Shown here: piece by piece, positions 7,176-10,013 of the stretch
Layout: every line of letters begins with the position of its first letter
Position numbering within the stretch: position 1 is the first letter of the stretch
Source of the DNA: an uncultured bacterium
Lineage (GTDB): Bacteria > SAR324 > NAC60-12
Length of the DNA: 10,013 nucleotides
Direction: 5' to 3'
Assembly (NCBI GenBank): GCA_965662845.1
Contig: CBFIJD010000046.1
Coordinates: 11,184 to 21,196, forward strand
Made by a program: the position numbers and the translations under genes
The notes under the pieces: model-generated
Seen by the model: only the letters and a program-made list of their open reading frames with translations
Database searches by the model: none
What the model was told of the DNA's origin: nothing

Positions 7176-7413
7176 GATTGTTCTCAGAGAGAGGTTTGCG
7201 CGCGAGCCAGCCGCAAATCTGGACCGCGCAGGTTATCAGAGGAGGCGCCGAGCCGGGTTCGCGTTGTGCGTCCGCTGTTGGTCTGGCCCGTCTCTCGGTG
7301 GCTTCCTTTCCTCACACGCGCAGGCAACGCCTGCTGCTCAGCGCCGTCGCGAGCCAGCGTCAAGGCTTTCACAGCAGGTTGCGGAGGGAAAACCTTTGGG
7401 GGCCCGTGTGGCT

Positions 7414-9690
7414 TCAATGAGGATCCGAGGCGTGGGCAGGGGCGCTCTCAGGCCAAGACTCTAGCGCGTCACGCAACGCGGCATTGAAGGTCGCGCTGGG
7501 GCGCATGACCGCCTCCACCTTTTGAGGGTCGGGGAGGTAGTAGCCACCAATCTCAGCCGGTTGGCCCTGCACCGCTGCGAACTCGGCGAGAATTTGTGCT
7601 TCGTGGCGGGTCAATGTGTCGGCGAGGGGCTGAAAGCGGGCGGCCAGCTCGGGGTCCTCGCTCTGGGCCGCGAGGGCTTGGGACCAATAGAGCGCCAGAT
7701 AGAAATGGCTCCCGCGGTTGTCCAGCTCTCCTGTGCGGGGCGAGGGCGATTTGCCGGTGTTGAGCAGCTGACCGGTGGCCTCGTCTAAGGTCTTCGCGAG
7801 GATGGCGGCCTGTGGGTTGTTGGTTTGGGTGGCGATGGCTTCGAGCGACACCGCCAGCGCTAAGATCTCGCCTAAGGAGTCCCAGCTCAGGTGGTTCTCT
7901 TCGAGCAGTTGTTGAACGAGCTTGGGGGCCGTTCCGCCGGCGCCGGTCTCAAACAGGTTACCGCCTTGGATCAGGGGGACCACGGAGAGCATCTTGGCGC
8001 TGGTGCCCAGCTCCATAATGGGGAAGAGGTCGGTGAGGTAATCCCGCAGGATATTGCCGGTTACGGAGATGGTGTCTTTGCCACGGATCAGGCGTTCCAG
8101 CGTGTAGCGCATGGCGGGGACTTGCGACAAAATCTGAATGTCTAAGCCGGTGGTGTCTTGTTCTTGAAGATACCGCTCTACCTTTTTGCGCAGCTCGATA
8201 TCGTGGGGGCGATAGCGATCCAGCCAGAACACGGCGGGCATCCCAGACCGACGGGCGCGGTCTACGGCCAGCTCCACCCAGTTGCGCACGGGGCCATCCT
8301 TGGTTTGACACATCCGCCAAATGTCGCCCTTCTCGACGTTCTGTTCCATCAGCACCTCACCTTCACGTGTGACAATCCGGGCGACGCCATCGACGGGGAT
8401 TTCAAAGGTGTTGTCATGCGAGCCATATTCTTCGGCTTGCTGCGCCATAAGCCCCACGTTGGGGACCGTGCCGATGGTGGTGGGGTCGAAGGCACCGTTG
8501 GTTTTGCAGAAATTGATCATCTCTTGGTAGATGCGCGAATAGGTGCTCTCTGGGTTCACGGCTTTGGTGTCCTTCAATCTGTCGTCGGGGCCCCACATTT
8601 TGCCGCCGGCGCGGATCATCGCTGGCATCGAGGCGTCGACAATCACGTCGTTGGGCGTGTGCAGGTTCGAGATGCGCTTGCGGGTGTCCACCATCGCGAG
8701 CTCGGGGCGTGTGCGATAGCAGGCGTGCAGGTCATCTTCGATCTCTTCGCGCACGGAGCGCGGGAGGACTTGGATCTTCTCATACACGCTGCTGATGCCG
8801 TAATTGGGGTTCACCCCCAGCCGCTCGAACAGCTCGCCATGTTTCGCGAACAGGTCTTTGTAAAAAACTTTGACCGCGTGGCCAAAGACAATGGGGTGCG
8901 AGACCTTCATCATGGTCGCTTTGACGTGCAGCGAGAAGAGAACATCGGTCTCGTAGGCGTCTTGCAGCTGGTCTTCAAGGAACTGGCACAGCGCCTTCTT
9001 GCTCATGAACATGCTGTCGATGATCTCACCTTGCAGCAGAGGAGTCTTCTCCTTCAGGACGATCTCCTCGCCATATCGAGTGACCAAGTCCATGCGGACC
9101 TCGCAGGGGTGATCCAAGGTCAGGCACTTCTCACTGGAATAAAAGTCGCCACCGCGCATGTGGGCGACATGAGTGCGCGAAGCGGGGCTCCACTTGCCCA
9201 TCGCGTGAGGATGCTTACGGGCAGCGCGCTTGACCGCAGCCGGCACACGGCGGTCAGAGTTGCCGTCGCGGAGTACAGGATTCACCGCGCTGCCGAGGAC
9301 GGTGGCATAGCGGGCCTTGATCTGTTTTTCCTCCTCGGTCTGTGGCTCTTCAGGAAAATTCGGGACGCCGTAGCCTTTCGCTTGAAGCTCCGCGATCGCG
9401 CGCTCTAGCTGATTCACAGAGGCGCTGATGTTGGGCAGCTTGATGATGTTGGCGGTGGGCGATTGGGTGAGCGCGGCAAGCTCAGACAAGGCGTCGGGCA
9501 CGCGCTGCTCTGCGGTGAGGTGCTCTGGAAACACCGCCAAGATGCGCGCGGCAAGGGAGAGGTCACTCGGCACAAGGCGCACTCCCAAGGGCGCGGTGAA
9601 GACACGGAGGATCGGCAGGAGTGAAGCGGTCGCCAGCAGCGGGGACTCGTCGGTCAGCGTGTAAAAGATGGTGGAAGAGTCATGATTCAT
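7414..9690 (-). CDS. icd: Monomeric-type isocitrate dehydrogenase (758 aa), coenzyme specificity uncertain
   Basis: N-terminus [19 protein letters not shown] places the start at ATG 9690 (MNHDSST), not at 9855. Motifs [115 protein letters not shown]. Confidence 0.96.
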   Translation of the reverse strand: MNHDSSTIFYTLTDESPLLATASLLPILRVFTAPLGVRLVPSDLSLAARILAVFPEHLTAEQRVPDALSELAALTQSPTANIIKLPNISASVNQLERAIAELQAKGYGVPNFPEEPQTEEEKQIKARYATVLGSAVNPVLRDGNSDRRVPAAVKRAARKHPHAMGKWSPASRTHVAHMRGGDFYSSEKCLTLDHPCEVRMDLVTRYGEEIVLKEKTPLLQGEIIDSMFMSKKALCQFLEDQLQDAYETDVLFSLHVKATMMKVSHPIVFGHAVKVFYKDLFAKHGELFERLGVNPNYGISSVYEKIQVLPRSVREEIEDDLHACYRTRPELAMVDTRKRISNLHTPNDVIVDASMPAMIRAGGKMWGPDDRLKDTKAVNPESTYSRIYQEMINFCKTNGAFDPTTIGTVPNVGLMAQQAEEYGSHDNTFEIPVDGVARIVTREGEVLMEQNVEKGDIWRMCQTKDGPVRNWVELAVDRARRSGMPAVFWLDRYRPHDIELRKKVERYLQEQDTTGLDIQILSQVPAMRYTLERLIRGKDTISVTGNILRDYLTDLFPIMELGTSAKMLSVVPLIQGGNLFETGAGGTAPKLVQQLLEENHLSWDSLGEILALAVSLEAIATQTNNPQAAILAKTLDEATGQLLNTGKSPSPRTGELDNRGSHFYLALYWSQALAAQSEDPELAARFQPLADTLTRHEAQILAEFAAVQGQPAEIGGYYLPDPQKVEAVMRPSATFNAALRDALESWPESAPAHASDPH

Positions 9691-9850
9691 AAGTCCGTCT
9701 CTCGCGATGGGGGGAGGTCTTGGCAAAACTTGCTGGGCTGGGGGTGGCAAGAAAAGCCGCTCAATGGACTCCTTGTACGTAGGCCCACTCCATAAATCGA
9801 GGCAAAATCGTGTTGTCGCTGCGCTTGTTCTCTCCCTCTCCATGTTTCGG

Positions 9851-9869
9851 TGCAAACGTTGTCAAACGT
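9851..9869. promoter_or_regulatory. Possible transcription-factor site upstream of icd
   Basis: TGCAAACGTTGTCA (9851-9864) is an imperfect palindrome around AACGTT, resembling LacI-family operators. CAAACGT is also repeated 10 bp apart (9853-9859, 9863-9869). Overlaps a minus-strand TTGACA (9865-9860). Confidence 0.3.
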
Positions 9870-9939
9870 GGTCTCCAAAATCGGGGAAAACAGGGCAACC
9901 GGTCAACCCGCGGTGAGGCGCGGCGTGCCCTCCGGCCCA

Positions 9940-9967
9940 GTAGGGCCGAAAGATTTTTCGCCCCTAC
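9940..9967. repeat. GTAG-type REP-like palindrome
   Basis: GTAGGGCCGAAA-GATT-TTTCGCCCCTAC: 12-bp arms with one mismatch, bounded by GTAG and CTAC. Followed by a T-rich run (9973-9981). Confidence 0.7.
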
Positions 9968-9996
9968 CGACGTTTTTCTTTCTGACGCCGGTCATC

Positions 9997-10013
9997 GTAG
10001 GGGCAGGCCCCTG
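9997..10013. repeat. Second GTAG-type REP-like element, cut by the window end
   Basis: GTAGGGGCAGGCCCCTG begins with the same GTAGGG head. Its first 8 nt are the exact reverse complement of GCCCCTAC at 9960-9967. Confidence 0.55.

Noticed and set aside
7184..7487. Short ORFs or an SRP-like RNA (GGAAAGGAAGC on the minus strand) in the icd-ytfJ spacer
   Set aside because: The ORFs have no coding-like composition, and the flanking helix and CAGG partner required for the SRP domain IV motif are missing.
8158..9408. 416-aa plus-strand ORF
   Set aside because: It is the antisense shadow of icd, expected from GC-rich codon bias, and has no recognisable motifs.
9691..9855. 55-aa N-terminal extension of IDH (813-aa ORF call)
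   Set aside because: Family similarity begins at [11 protein letters not shown] (ATG 9690). The extension is low-complexity, starts at a non-ATG codon and looks like promoter/UTR sequence.
1..10013. CRISPR array, tRNA (including tRNA-Sec), rRNA, integrase or transposase genes
   Set aside because: I saw no regularly spaced repeats, cloverleaf or recombinase motifs. Any Sec machinery must be encoded elsewhere.

Overview
GC-rich bacterial window of eight genes plus one gene remnant. In order: a 5'-truncated GAF-PAS-PAS histidine kinase (+), an EamA/DMT transporter (+), a MoeB/ThiF-rhodanese fusion of the MoeZ/Uba4 type (-), a ChaN-family exported protein (+), a small helical hypothetical (-), a LysE translocator (+), a frameshifted C-terminal remnant of an outer-membrane beta-barrel gene (-), a YtfJ-family protein (-) and a monomeric isocitrate dehydrogenase (-). 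GTAG-type REP-like palindromes lie at the right edge. There are two main signals. (1) The two MoeB 'ORFs' are one reading frame interrupted by a single TGA (3646-3648) exactly at the conserved E1-type Cys, followed by a bacterial SECIS-like hairpin, so this is very probably a selenocysteine-containing E1-like/rhodanese enzyme. (2) The IDH keeps its catalytic residues but has lost the His/Arg/Arg NADP 2'-phosphate contacts (Leu/Ser/Pro instead), suggesting altered coenzyme specificity. All family assignments come from motif recognition; no searches were run.
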